Positions 1 through 11,612 of a stretch of 64,000 nucleotides of DNA are shown in pieces. Origin of the DNA: Callorhinchus milii (Eukaryota); assembly GCF_018977255.1 (NCBI RefSeq), contig NW_024704742.1:48672001-48736000 (forward strand), in the 5' to 3' direction. Numbering within the stretch: position 1 is the first letter of the stretch; every line of letters begins with the position of its first letter. Below the pieces are notes generated by a model. The model was not told the origin of the DNA. It made no database searches and saw only the letters and a program-made list of their open reading frames with translations. The position numbers were made by a program, and so were the translations under genes.

Positions 1-224
1 GTGCCTCTAATTACTATGATGTTGGCACTAGCATGATTTTAAAAACTGCATCTATTCATTATCAATGCTCGTTTCTTGGTCTAATCCGAGTAATATACCA
101 TTACATAAGGAATGGCACTTGATGGTTGGTTATCTATTTTGTCAATTCTGTTTACATTTTTACTCTTGATGTATCAAAGTTAACAGAAAGACAAAAAAAT
201 AAAAGTTTATGAGTAATCCTGTTA

Positions 225-480
225 AAAAGCAGTGTGTGTGGATGTTAAAGAACACACGGCAATTTGAAACGAGAAGGAAGTTTCTCCTGGCCAAGAATCC
301 TCCAAATGCAATTGGACCTTCACTTCATAGCTATTTGTGGGATGTTGCTAGGTGTAAATTGGCTGCTGGTTTGCCTACAATTACATAGTCACTATATTTC
401 ACAATAAAATCCAGTGAAGTCCTTTGAGTTGTTGTGATGTGCTGCCCCACAACAAATGCAAGGATTATTATTGTGATTAT
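225..480 (+). mobile_element. Old Deu-type SINE, 3' fragment
   Basis: Degenerate ...GGATGTTAAAGA...GAAGTTTCTCCTGG...TTTGTGGGATGTTGCT...AAATGCAAGGATTATT, shared with the other old SINE copies. Confidence 0.6.
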
Positions 481-1101
481 AGATTTATATATAGATTTAT
501 ACCTTGCAAATATGAAGGACAATTGCTTTAATAGATACGAAAAGGCTAGACTGGAGATTTACTAAGCATTACATAAAACAACAATTTACACTTACTCTTT
601 GCCTTTCGTTACAAACAGTTACAGAATGCTGAAAGTTTGCCTGCCGATGGAGTGTATATATATATATAATATATATAGAGTAATATCTGGTGCATGATGG
701 ATAATGCTGATACCACTCAGAGATGGTGTAGGCAGATTTATGAGTATATCTGCAGCAATTTTAATCCCATATCAGTTCTCACAAGATCAATGAGTCAGAT
801 TATCTATTTAGTATTCTTGGTGCTGTAGATTTTTACTCGTGAGGAATTGGATAGAGATTCCCCAGATGCATTTTACTTAGGACCCTTACAGGCAGCAAAG
901 AGAAGAAAATTTAATTCCATTCGTCTGGGGTCAAACCAAGGTCCCAGAGGTGAAACGACAATGTGCCAACTTGCTGTACTATGCAATTCTCCAATTTGAA
1001 GGTCATAAAATAATCCCAATTAGTTGAGTGAATAAAAGCCTGGGTGCTGGCAGTTGCAATCTACAGTCTCCTGGATTAGAGAGGCAAAGATCAACCATAT
1101 T

Positions 1102-1420
1102 GGAGTCCTGTAGCTCAGTGGTTAGAGCACTCGTTTTGCAAGTGAGAGACCTGAGTTCAATTCCAGGCAGGGCGAAACCTTTGGCAAGTTTCCTTACTAC
1201 ACACAGAGCCTAATAATAATCCCTCCAAAACCAAAAACAATAATAAATTGGTCATTTTCAATCTACGACTGTTTGTGGGACATTGCTGTGCGCAATTTGC
1301 TGCCGCGTTCGCCCACAAATATACAGTCAATTCACTTTACAGTGTGTTCTGTGAAGCGCTTTGGGACGTCTAGAAGACATGAAAAGCGCTATATCAAATG
1401 CAAGGATTATTATTATTATT
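1102..1420 (+). mobile_element. Young tRNA-Ala-derived SINE, subfamily A, full length
   Basis: Head GGAGTCCTGTAGCTCAGTGGTTAGAGCA (Pol III A box), TTTGCAA anticodon-like loop, GAGTTCAATTCC (B box), conserved body, (ATT)n tail; near-identical to several other copies in the window. Confidence 0.95.
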
Positions 1421-3715
1421 GTATTCCCTGCTCCTGAGTGTATGTATATAAATGTTGGGTGAGGACAGGATCAGGCACTGTTGTGAAGCTCCACGCAGCC
1501 AAATACAGTATCCCACTGACAGTGTCTAGACTCGCACATGACAATATACCTCGTGGGGTAACGTACCAGAGGGTGGTCCCTTCACTTATGAAAGTTATCT
1601 AAAGGCCAGCATGTCTTGACAAACTGGAAAATGTCGAGAGGAAATAAACATGTTCTCAGGTAAAAGTGGAGAGATATGGTTCACAACCAATATAGATTTT
1701 CAACAGATATACTGACTGACTGAGTGAGTCAGAAATAGTGAGAAACAGTCAGAGAAGCAAGCCCATAATATGACCACTAGGAAAATGTACCGTAGCAAAC
1801 CTTTCTGCTTTGTAGGAGAATATAATGAGAACCTTAAGAGTTTTTATGTCACGCTTCAGTGAAATACGCAAATTCACAAATACTGGGCTACACTGGTGTT
1901 ATTATATCATTTACATTTAATTATGAATATATTAATAAAACCCTGCTCCAAATTAAATTTAAATATGTTTGCAGATCATATATTGGGTATGGACGTGTAA
2001 TGGATGTTCAATAATGTGTTGTTCTGGGATTCAGTGATTTTGATCCTTGAGAATGAATAATTAAAGTAATTAACTGAAATATCACTTGCCGATATGTAAT
2101 TACATTTTACACAAGATTGCAGTATGAAAGCCTTGGAGATTTCAAGCTACAGTAGGGATGTGACTAATCATTTCATTACCTTACTTTCAAAAAACATTCT
2201 TGTGAGATTTTAACCTCCTTTTGTCTTATTAACACATAAGATGCCAAAAATGACGCAGGTTTAGCCTTAAAGATTTTAAGTGGGTGTGGAAATTTGGAAA
2301 CTGCCTTAATTAAATTCAGTCTTAATTGGGAAACTGTTTTTCTGCAGTTATTAAAAATAAATTAAATCATAATTGAATTAAAAACTTTTTGCAAAATTCC
2401 ACACAATACTAAATTTTAAGACAACCTGTTTTTTGGGGGGCTTCTGCTCTCTCGACTCAGTAATTTTAGATCTTTCCCAGAACATCTCCTTGATCCAGTG
2501 ACACAATCTGTTAAATGGTAATAGAGACAAATTGAAGATGCAACTTCAGGGCCACTGAAAATGACAAACCTTATAAATTCAAGAAATCCCCACTGATTGT
2601 TTATTTTGTAAGTAATTCAGAATATGTCTTAGACTGTACTTTAGGACATGTGTAGACCCAGGTGATATTCCTAAGGGGTTTACAGCAATGCTGGCCACTT
2701 CTCTGTAATATTTGAGAGTGAATGGGACTCTCATGACTTTGCTGAATGTTGCATGAGGGTGTGCACAATGGTGCTTAAGATGAAGGATTACACTGATGAA
2801 GTGGAAGGCTACACTGGGTCTGTGCTGATATGATTGAAATTCATATGCAAGTGCGTGTGTATATGTGTGTGTGTATATATATATACACACACACAGTATA
2901 TATCTGTTTGGTCAGCCGGGTGTCTGACACGTGCAGAAACCCAGCGCCATGCTTAAGTGTATCCCAACCAGACTGAGAATTCCATGTATGCAATCTACAC
3001 ATGGAAATTTCAGGCAAGGCTTTCTATTGCTACTCTGTCTGTATGAAATAAGAGCCAAGGCTTGGGTCCCCAAGAGTGTGTGTTGAAGTACTGCTAGAGT
3101 TTAACCAACTAATAATGTGTATCTTGCCATTGGTAACATGACTGGCAAGCATCCTGCTGCAGAACATCCCACCCTGCCCCTTGGGCTTTGGTTTGCATGT
3201 TTATCAGGAGCTAGTGGGAAGAATCCCAACGCCTTGTGACTGGTCTTCCCTTCTAAGTCCTGCCAATCAGCTCGGCTGGCTGTGCCGTAATAAGCCGTGC
3301 CCTGGAATCCTGCAGGCCTATCTGTCTCAGGAACCAGCTACCGAGACTGCCACAGAAAATTGACTCAGTTGTGGCATTCCATTGCAAAGCATGTCACCTT
3401 GGAGCCTTGTATATTATAATAATTATATTAATATTTGACTTAGTTAACTATCTGTTAATTGTGCTGAATTGCTTTTAAAGGACCTTAGATGTAGTAAAAC
3501 CATCAGAGTTTTGATTTGGAAACCAATCAACATCCTTTAATTGATAGACTTATACCGTAGTCCAAATCATACTCAGTGAAGTGCTGAGACAAAGATGTGG
3601 CTGTGCTGTACAAGAAATGAAACCTCTTTTAAAGACAATGGGCACTCATTAACTTTATAGTATGCTTTCCTCACTGGTTTCCTTAGCTCCACCATTCACA
3701 AAATGCAACTGAATA

Positions 3716-4041
3716 AAAACTCTGGCGTCCACATCCTCACCCATACCAAACTCTACACCCTGTCACCCCAGTGCCTTGCAAGGCTCCTGTTGCAGAATAG
3801 ATCAATTTCAAGTTCCTCACGCTCACCTACAAGTCACTTCATGCTCCAGCATCTCCATACCCCTCTGAACTGCTCATGCCCCACTCCTCTATCCGTCCCC
3901 TCTGCTCAGCCACTATGCCCCTAACCTTTGGAACTCCCTGCCTCAATCCCTCCACTTCGCCCCTCTTTATCAATCATTAAATACCACTCTGGGAAGCTGT
4001 CCTGTGTGAAAGGTGCAATAGAAATGCAAGTTGTTGTTGTT
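3716..4041 (+). mobile_element. L2 LINE 3' fragment, decayed
   Basis: C-rich ORF2 C-terminal remnant (TCAGCCACTATGCCCCTAACCTTTGGAACTCCCT) ending AAATGCAAGTTGTTGTTGTT; parallels the L2 at 40665-41865. Confidence 0.75.
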
Positions 4042-5641
4042 ATACAAGTAAAGGTTGGTGATGCCCATTGAATAGTACAGTAGACCAAGTCATAGGCAAA
4101 TGAATACCACCAAGCTGATGATCGTTGGAGTGTTACATTTATGTTTCCCTGGCTCCTCATACTGACACTTTTACTAAGTGGAATTAGCCTAAGTGGATTT
4201 TGGTGCTAAGATCACCTAATGTGGCAAATCATAAAGAGAAATTAGTCAATCCTGCATAAAGAGATCACTTGGCCATTCACTCTATTTACGGAAGTTTTGT
4301 AGTTTAGTCTTTTGCATCCCAATGCTCCAAAATAAGTGAATGATTTGCTGTTTGACCCTTCTCTCGAGTGTTGCGACCTGGACTTATATAATGCACCCAG
4401 GAGTGGTAAGGTCATACCGTGCAAGAATTCCACAAGATAAGAGTAAAATCATACATCCATTAACTTCCAGCAATGCCTGTGCTGGCTCTGAAAGAGGTTT
4501 CTTTAATCTGGTCCAGATCTCCTCCATTAATGGAAGGAAAGTGCTAAGCGAAGGCCAGTTGCTTGGTTGATCGTGGGAGAATTAGAGGGTTGTCAGCACA
4601 GAGTCTATTGCACATCTGTTGGTGACCAGGTTCACATGAACACTGGTAGAAGCCTGGGAGCAAGGTACTTATCTACTCTCTTCAGTGGGAGTCGATGACA
4701 GGCTGGAGAAGAGAAAATAAAACCACTTCCACAAGGCAGGAAATAACTAAGATTCAAACCTCTCGTGTTTCAGGAGTTTGATACTTATTCTATCACAGCT
4801 CAGCCTAGTGCAGTGCTGACTGGCACCCGACACACTCAAAGGCCAGTTGTGGCCCTGGTCTTTGCCACAGACAGAGTAGCAATAGACAGTTTTGGATGAG
4901 GAAGCGAAGCAGTGCAGCAAGTGTGAGGCTGTGATTCAGGACACGTCAGGGATGCAGAAAGGAAATTCTGTCTGATCAGCATAAAAAAAACTACAGTAAA
5001 GCGTAGTTTCTGCACTTAGTCTACTGAAGGTGTTCTTGGGCTTCAGATTGTTTGATAGACACTCTGTGTTGCCTCAGGGGGCATGACAGCAGGACTGCTG
5101 TTGATTGAAGGACCAACAATGCTCCACTTGTTAATGCTGATCCCAATTTACATTTTGAATATACTTGTCATAAACCTTTGCTTTCAGTGTCATGCCTAGA
5201 ATCTGTAGAATATGATCTTCTGAGGCTATGCAAAATGCATTTTATATTGAGGACTTTGCTTTAAAGGTTAGATATGGTTTCTCTATCAGTGAGGGGTCCA
5301 AAATAACACAACAGTGTATATTTTAGCAGGCATTCCAGCGTAGGAGTGTAATAGTGAATAAACTGCTGCAGTTTACCAGTTCCTGTGTAAAATAATGCAT
5401 GATCCTTACATTTGATATGACACCTGTGTTGTTGAGATGTCTTAAAGCACTTCATAGGATTTTACTGTAAAGTGTAAAGACTGTGCATTTGTAGGCAAAC
5501 AAGGTAACCAATTTGCATACAGCCATGAAATGACATAACACATTTTTTTCCTGACACTGGCTCTGTACCAGTAATCTCCAGATATGAATTATTATGTCTC
5601 CTATTTGCAGTTGCAGACTAATTGATGATTCTTTACGTGTG

Positions 5642-5783
5642 ACATTTGGAGGTAGAAGTACATTGGAAAAGGCTGGCTTCAGCTCTTCAATGTAGCTGCA
5701 TGCTACAAGAGCTACATTTGGAGGTAGAAGTACATTGGAAAAGGCTGGCTTCAGCTCTTCAATGTAGCTACATGCTACAAGAG
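5642..5783. repeat. 70-bp tandem duplication
   Basis: 5642-5711 and 5714-5783 differ at one base and are separated by CT. Confidence 0.95.
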
Positions 5784-6869
5784 TGACTGTGAAGTGCTTT
5801 GAGATGTTTTGGCATGATAAGGCACTAGATGAAATCTTGATTTGATTGATAAGGTTTACTATTATAGTATCTTTGTGCCTGAATCACGCGGAGTGCAGAG
5901 CTCGGCGTCTCTCCTTGTCTCATTACTGTTCACTGAGTGCATCAGTGGATAATGGTATGTTCCAAGGTTGGCACTCAAACACTAGCAAAGCACGTGGAGC
6001 ATGGGCTTTCTAAAATGGGAGCTAGCAGCTGTTCCTCTGGGATTTCTGGCATTCAAGCAGCTGAAGATAAGCATGGCAGCAAACAGGCAGCAGGGGGTTA
6101 AAAATAAAACACTTGCATCATTATCTGATCGCTGGGGTTTCTCCCCCCCCCCACCCGCACCCCCGCCCCGCTTCTGTAAATGTAGAAGAAATGGTGTGAA
6201 GAAAACACATTTCTGGAAAGCTCGTTGGTCCCAGTGGGATAAGCTGTCGCGCCACAGTGTTTGGACCTCACAGGGAATGGTTCAAGATTTTAGCAACTTT
6301 GCGTGGGAAAGCAAGCAGTGGTTTGACATGACCTGAAATCTTGCCAGTGCTGCATTCTTTATGCCAAATGCAGCGTGTAAATTCGCCTAGCATGGCATCA
6401 GAAAAAAACTCCTCATCTGCAAGTCACACTCTTACTAATCTGTATATCGGTGTGGAGTGGGGAAGCATTGGGATAAACGATTGTTGCTCCCACCATTCCA
6501 TGCTACAAACTTGTCTCTTGTCAGAACTGTGGTTTGTATTCGTGCCCCGACTTGGCCTCCTCTCCCTGCAGGAGAAAGGCTGCAGGTATAGACTGGACTT
6601 GTTTATATAGTGAATGAGAACATTTGGGATACGTATAAACACGTAAAGCCACAAAACTAAAACATTTAACATCATTACGGTGTAATATTTTTCTGTTGTG
6701 TTGGTATATGTTCGAATATTAAAGTCCACAGGAAGTTTAATTATATCTGTGCTGTTCAATTATTCACCCCGCCGCCTCTCATCTTCGCCCATGTACTGCT
6801 TGCTTTCCCAATTTACGACCAAGGGATCTGTGCGAATACTAATGGAGAATAGATTGCATTCCTCTAGGG

Positions 6870-7070
6870 CAGTGTTGGCCAATCTTTATGCTTGGCCAAC
6901 CAAATAAGTTTCCTCGATTAAATATTTCTTAATTCATGCCATAAATCAAGAACATTCAATCAAGAAAAAATGAAAACACGTTACCGATCGAACACAGACT
7001 TGCCCAGACTAATGCGAATGTTCAGAGGGGGCTTCTTGATGGCCCATGGGCCACAGTTCGGCCACCGCTG
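6870..7070. mobile_element. hAT (Charlie-like) MITE, ~200 bp
   Basis: Ends CAGTGTTGGCCAATCT / reverse complement CAGCGGTGGCCGAACT (12/16); flanks CTCTAGGG and CTTTATGG (6/8) as a decayed 8-bp TSD. Confidence 0.7.
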
Positions 7071-7529
7071 CTTTATGGTCTGGTAGACTGAATTCACGTG
7101 CGCGTCTTTGAATTTGCTTTTGGAAAAGATACAAAATATTATAATGAAAAAATGAGTGAAGATAAATCAAGATTTTGCATCAATACAGTGGGGAAATCCC
7201 ATGTTTGTGTTTTAAACATAAAACAAGATGTTCACTTTTCTTCCCCATTTGTTGGGGACTTTTACTTCATCTCATGAATTTTCTACATTTCCATTTGAGT
7301 TGGCCCTACTGTTTTATTAATGGAGATACAGTGGAAAATTGATAATCCTTTCCATTATGTTGATTAATAATTTTTCCATTATACATATTTAAAGTAACTA
7401 TCTTTAGATTTAAACTTCAGCATGGCTTCAGTGTTTCCCTGATAGAATAGAGGCTCTTTGAAAGCATTAAACAAGGTTACGATTCGCAATTCCACATGGA
7501 TTCCCAGAAAGGATTTCTGCAAAAAACAT

Positions 7530-7875
7530 AAGAAGCATATTGTATAAATTAAGGGGAATATGGAAACCAGAAAAGAAAGGTAGTTAAGGGAACAGAGTAG
7601 AGTTAGATAGATGTTTTTCAGCTTGGCAGAATGCAGTCATTGACATTCCTTAGTGGCATATACTTCTTTCTAGACAGTATTATAAGTGATCTGGGTTTAG
7701 GCATAAAGGTCACTGTATCAAAGATTGCCTATCATACCAAATTGAGGGACATTGAAAACTGTGAGGAAGGTCAAGAAGCCCAGAGGAAGACATGGATGGT
7801 TAACAGAGATGGTAGATAATTGCCAAAAGGAATTCAGTGTAGAGAAATACACTGTGAATTTATACATCTTTGGAG
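7530..7875 (+). mobile_element. Decayed CR1 LINE RT fragment
   Basis: TVSKIAYHTKLRDIENCEE resembles the CR1 ISKFADDTKLGG..NCEE motif region. Confidence 0.55.
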
Positions 7876-9136
7876 TACCTTTTGTACTTACTTACCCTAA
7901 ATCTTTTTAACCTTATGGTTTTTTAAAACTAAATTTGCAGAGTCTAATCGTCAAATTTTGTAATTTGATTTGGTTGAATTATGTTAGGAGAAAATCAATG
8001 ATTGAAACCAGCTGATTGTAACAGCTAATAAATTTAGCTCTGCAGAACCCTTTGATTGATTTCATGCCTTACGTTTTTCCCAGTCTGATTGATTCCACAC
8101 TTTTGCCTGTCCTTTAATTGATCAATGCTTTCTAACACAAACCCAGTTTGTGCCATGTGCTCTTTCATTGATAGATTAACAAAATAATCACGTTCCCTCA
8201 ACTTTGGTGAGCTTTTGTTCCTTCGTGCAACTCACTTTGACCTGTTGTGAAGGTTTGTATCTCTGAGTAGCTCTTGTCTCTGAGGCCTTGAATTTTGTTC
8301 CTATTCCTTCCTAATTACTGTTGTAAGGTCCACAAGTGTGCATCATAGTGGATTTTATAATGAGAAATCTTGGTAAAGGATCACAACTCCAGGACACAAT
8401 CATCATTAAACATTACATGTGTTGGAGACCAGGCTAGATAAATGGAGAAACGGTGGTTAGATAATGCAGTACAAAGCTTCAGTTATAAAAACCTGTCGAT
8501 GATTGAGGCAAGTGAAAGAAGTAAAGAAATGGAGAGCTATGAGATATTATGACAGAATGAGTTGGTTGGCAGAATGAATTTGAATCCAGTTCATTGAGGA
8601 TACAGAGAAAGAATATATAAAATAGTATATTTTGAATTACAAGAGAGGAGTTGAAAACCCAAATTAAAAAAAAAGAGAAAGATTGCAAAGTCGTGAAGTT
8701 TTGAGGTGAGACGAGGATCACCTATCCAGCCACCAAGCTGGTGTTGTTTCACATTGGTTGACGTGTCAATTGCAGAAAGGTGAAGGCAGTTAATAGCATA
8801 ATTGGAACATGTGTAACTCTGAAGACATGTAGGCCAGGGCGATGATGTATTATCTGAAGGTTGTTTTGTGATACCTCTGGAGCTGTGAGTGGTTGATGTT
8901 TGCTAAAATATAAGAGTCTACAGAACAAGAATAGTTCATTGATGAAAGAGATTATTTTAAATGGCCACCTTGGAGTCAAGTGTTTTCAACTCTATGTAGT
9001 TTTTTAATGCTCTGCTACCCACCAATACCTTATACTAACTATTTGTGAACGATGGGAAGGGACAGTGGAGATGGTATCACACATCTGAAACAAATACTCC
9101 TTGTCTTTTTTACACATGGGTTTTGTACACATAAAC

Positions 9137-9470
9137 TCACTGGCTCAGTTGGTAGGATTCTGGGTTGAAGCTCCAGGTCAACATTTTAATCTTATCATCT
9201 TGGCTGACTCTTCAGTGCAATGTTGGGAGGAGTGCTGCATTGTCAAAGGTGCCTTTTGTGGGATGAGATGTTAAACAAGAGTTGCGTTCAGGTGAAGGAA
9301 GCTTCTCCCAGTACCCTGGCCAACTATCCAAAGATGGAATTGGTCATTCACTTCATGGCTGTTTGTGGGACATTGTGTGCGCAAATTTTGCTACAAGTAC
9401 AGTCACACTTTACAACAAAATCCTGTGAAGTGTTTGAGACGTCTCAATGTGATAAGGGGCTATATCAATG
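9137..9470 (+). mobile_element. Old tRNA-headed Deu-domain SINE (SacSINE1/AmnSINE1-like)
   Basis: TGGCTCAGTTGGTAG head, then GGAGTGCTGCATTGTCAAAGGTGCC...GGATGAGATGTTAAAC core and the shared 3' tail. Confidence 0.7.
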
Positions 9471-10979
9471 CTTTGAAGTCCCAATTTCCCATTCACCACT
9501 ATTAGCATAAACCGCAATTCTGATCTGCTCTACTCTTATTATTTTGTTATTATAATTATTAATTATTCGTTAAATTATTACTATACTTCAGTCAAAAAAC
9601 TTCAAGCAGTGAGTGAAAATATCCTGCAGGTATTACATGCAGATTGAAGATGACAGTAAGGGGAAAAACTCCATTCAGCATACAAAAAGCACTTCAACGC
9701 ATTGCAATCTCTTTCCTCTCCCACCCCCCCACACACAAACACACATAAAGGTACCCATAAATTGACATTTCCACTATCCCTGCATTTCTCAACATATAGC
9801 TTCCATCATAATGACTACACAGCTGAAATGTAAACCTAAACACAGATGCCAGAATACACTATCATGGTGGTTTCAAAAATGGTCAAGTTGTAAATGGTTG
9901 TCTTTTGTTAAAAACATATTATTTGGAATCCTGCTAATTGTGTTGCCAATAAATACTGATCTATAATGTGCTAAATATTAATAAATATATGTTTGAATAT
10001 TTTTCATTTAAATATTGGAACAAACTAGAGTTAAATGGTAATGTTCATCTCTCTGTATCATTCATTTCTTTAGAAATCTAATTCCTTTCCCATTTGCTCA
10101 CCTACATGTTATGAATAACAATGGTTCATCTAATGCAGCTGAATAGGACAATAACACAGCAGGTGTGCCTTATAATACACACTGTAAAGAATACATGAAT
10201 ATTCTGCAGATAAGTGCATCATAGCAACAACAACAATTTGCATTTTCATAGTGCCTTTCATGTAGTTAAACATCTCAAAGTACTTTTCACAAATGAAGTG
10301 GGAGTCTGAATAGAACAGGAGTTAATAATTATCAACCTTCATGATCCTTGCATTTGATAGCATCTTATCACATCATCTAAATGTCTCAAAGCACTCTACA
10401 GAATTTACTGGGTAGTGACTGTGAGTTTAACATGTCATCTGAAGGATTGGCATCTCCAAAAATGAGGACATCCCTAGCACTGCGCTAGACTGTAAATTGA
10501 AAGTCTGTATGTGTGTGTGGGGGGGGTGGTGAGGAGGTACAGTCAAAGAGTAATTTTTTTTAGAAGGGATTTGAAAGTAAGAAGGAGATATACAAGGTGG
10601 AGTTGCAGAAGACAGGTGGAAGGTTAGTTGGAGGAGGTGGGAACATAGGACAAACCAGAATAGCAGTTTGTACTAACAGTGATGCAGAGGAAATTGGGTC
10701 TTCAAAGTAACACTTGTAAGATTAGTCGTTTGGGTTTGTAGAATTGTGTTACTAGTTTAGTATAATGATAATAATAATAATAATAATAATTATCCTTGCA
10801 TTTGATATAGCGCCTTACCCTTCCAAACACATGACCAACTAAACTCATTGTGTAGAGAAAACAAATCCTTTGAATTCCTGTGGACATCACAATTAATAAA
10901 CAGAGACCAAAGCAACTTGTCATTTGGATATTCAACAGAGATAATTCTGTTGAATATCCAAATGGCCAGTTGCTTTGGT

Positions 10980-11306
10980 CTCTGGACGTCCCAAAGTGCT
11001 TCGAAGGATTTACTGTGAAGTGGAGTGACTGTAAGCGATTGCAGCAGCCAGTTTGCTCACAGCAATGTTCCATAGCCATGAAACTCATGCCCAATTTTAT
11101 TTAGGGGATTGTTGGCCAGGAGACTGGAGAAACTCTTCAATTTTCAAGATTTTTAGTGTACATTTGAACAGGCATACGGGACCTCGGTTTAACATCTCAT
11201 CTAAAGGACAGCACCTCGGATGATGCAACACATCAACACTGCATTGGAATGTCAGTTCAGACTAGTCAAAGTCCTGAGGTGGAGCTTGAACCCACTACCT
11301 TCAGAC
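10980..11306 (-). mobile_element. Old Deu-domain SINE interrupted by a young SINE
   Basis: Reverse complement of the Deu core (GGACCTCGGTTTAACATCTCATC); head remnant CAGGCTGACAC resumes at ~11613-11623. Confidence 0.7.
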
Positions 11307-11308
11307 TT

Positions 11309-11612
11309 AATAATAATAATAATCCTTGCACTTGATATAGCGCTTTTCACGTCTTCTCAACGTCTCAAAGCGCTTCACAGAATATGCTGTAAAGTGAATT
11401 GACTGTATATTTGTGGGTGAAACGCGGCAGCCAATTGCGCACAGCAGTGTCCCACAAACAGTCGTGGATTGAAAATGACCAATTTATTAGTCTTTTATTT
11501 TGGAGGGATTATTATTAGGTGTGTGGAGAAAGGAAACTTGCCCAAGGTTTCCCCCTGCCTGGAATTGAACCCAGGTGTCTCGCTTGCAAGGCGAGTGCTC
11601 TAACCACTGAGC
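11309..11612 (-). mobile_element. Young tRNA-Ala SINE, subfamily A, slightly 5'-truncated
   Basis: Reverse complement of the 1102-1420 element, (AAT)n tail at the left end. Confidence 0.93.

Noticed and set aside
1102..1175. tRNA-Ala(TGC) gene (also at 22118, 41976 and other SINE heads)
   Set aside because: The acceptor stem does not close and each continues into a SINE body and tail
6001..6610. Consecutive + ORFs of 111 and 89 aa
   Set aside because: No homology or splice support, and part of the frame is a low-complexity C-run
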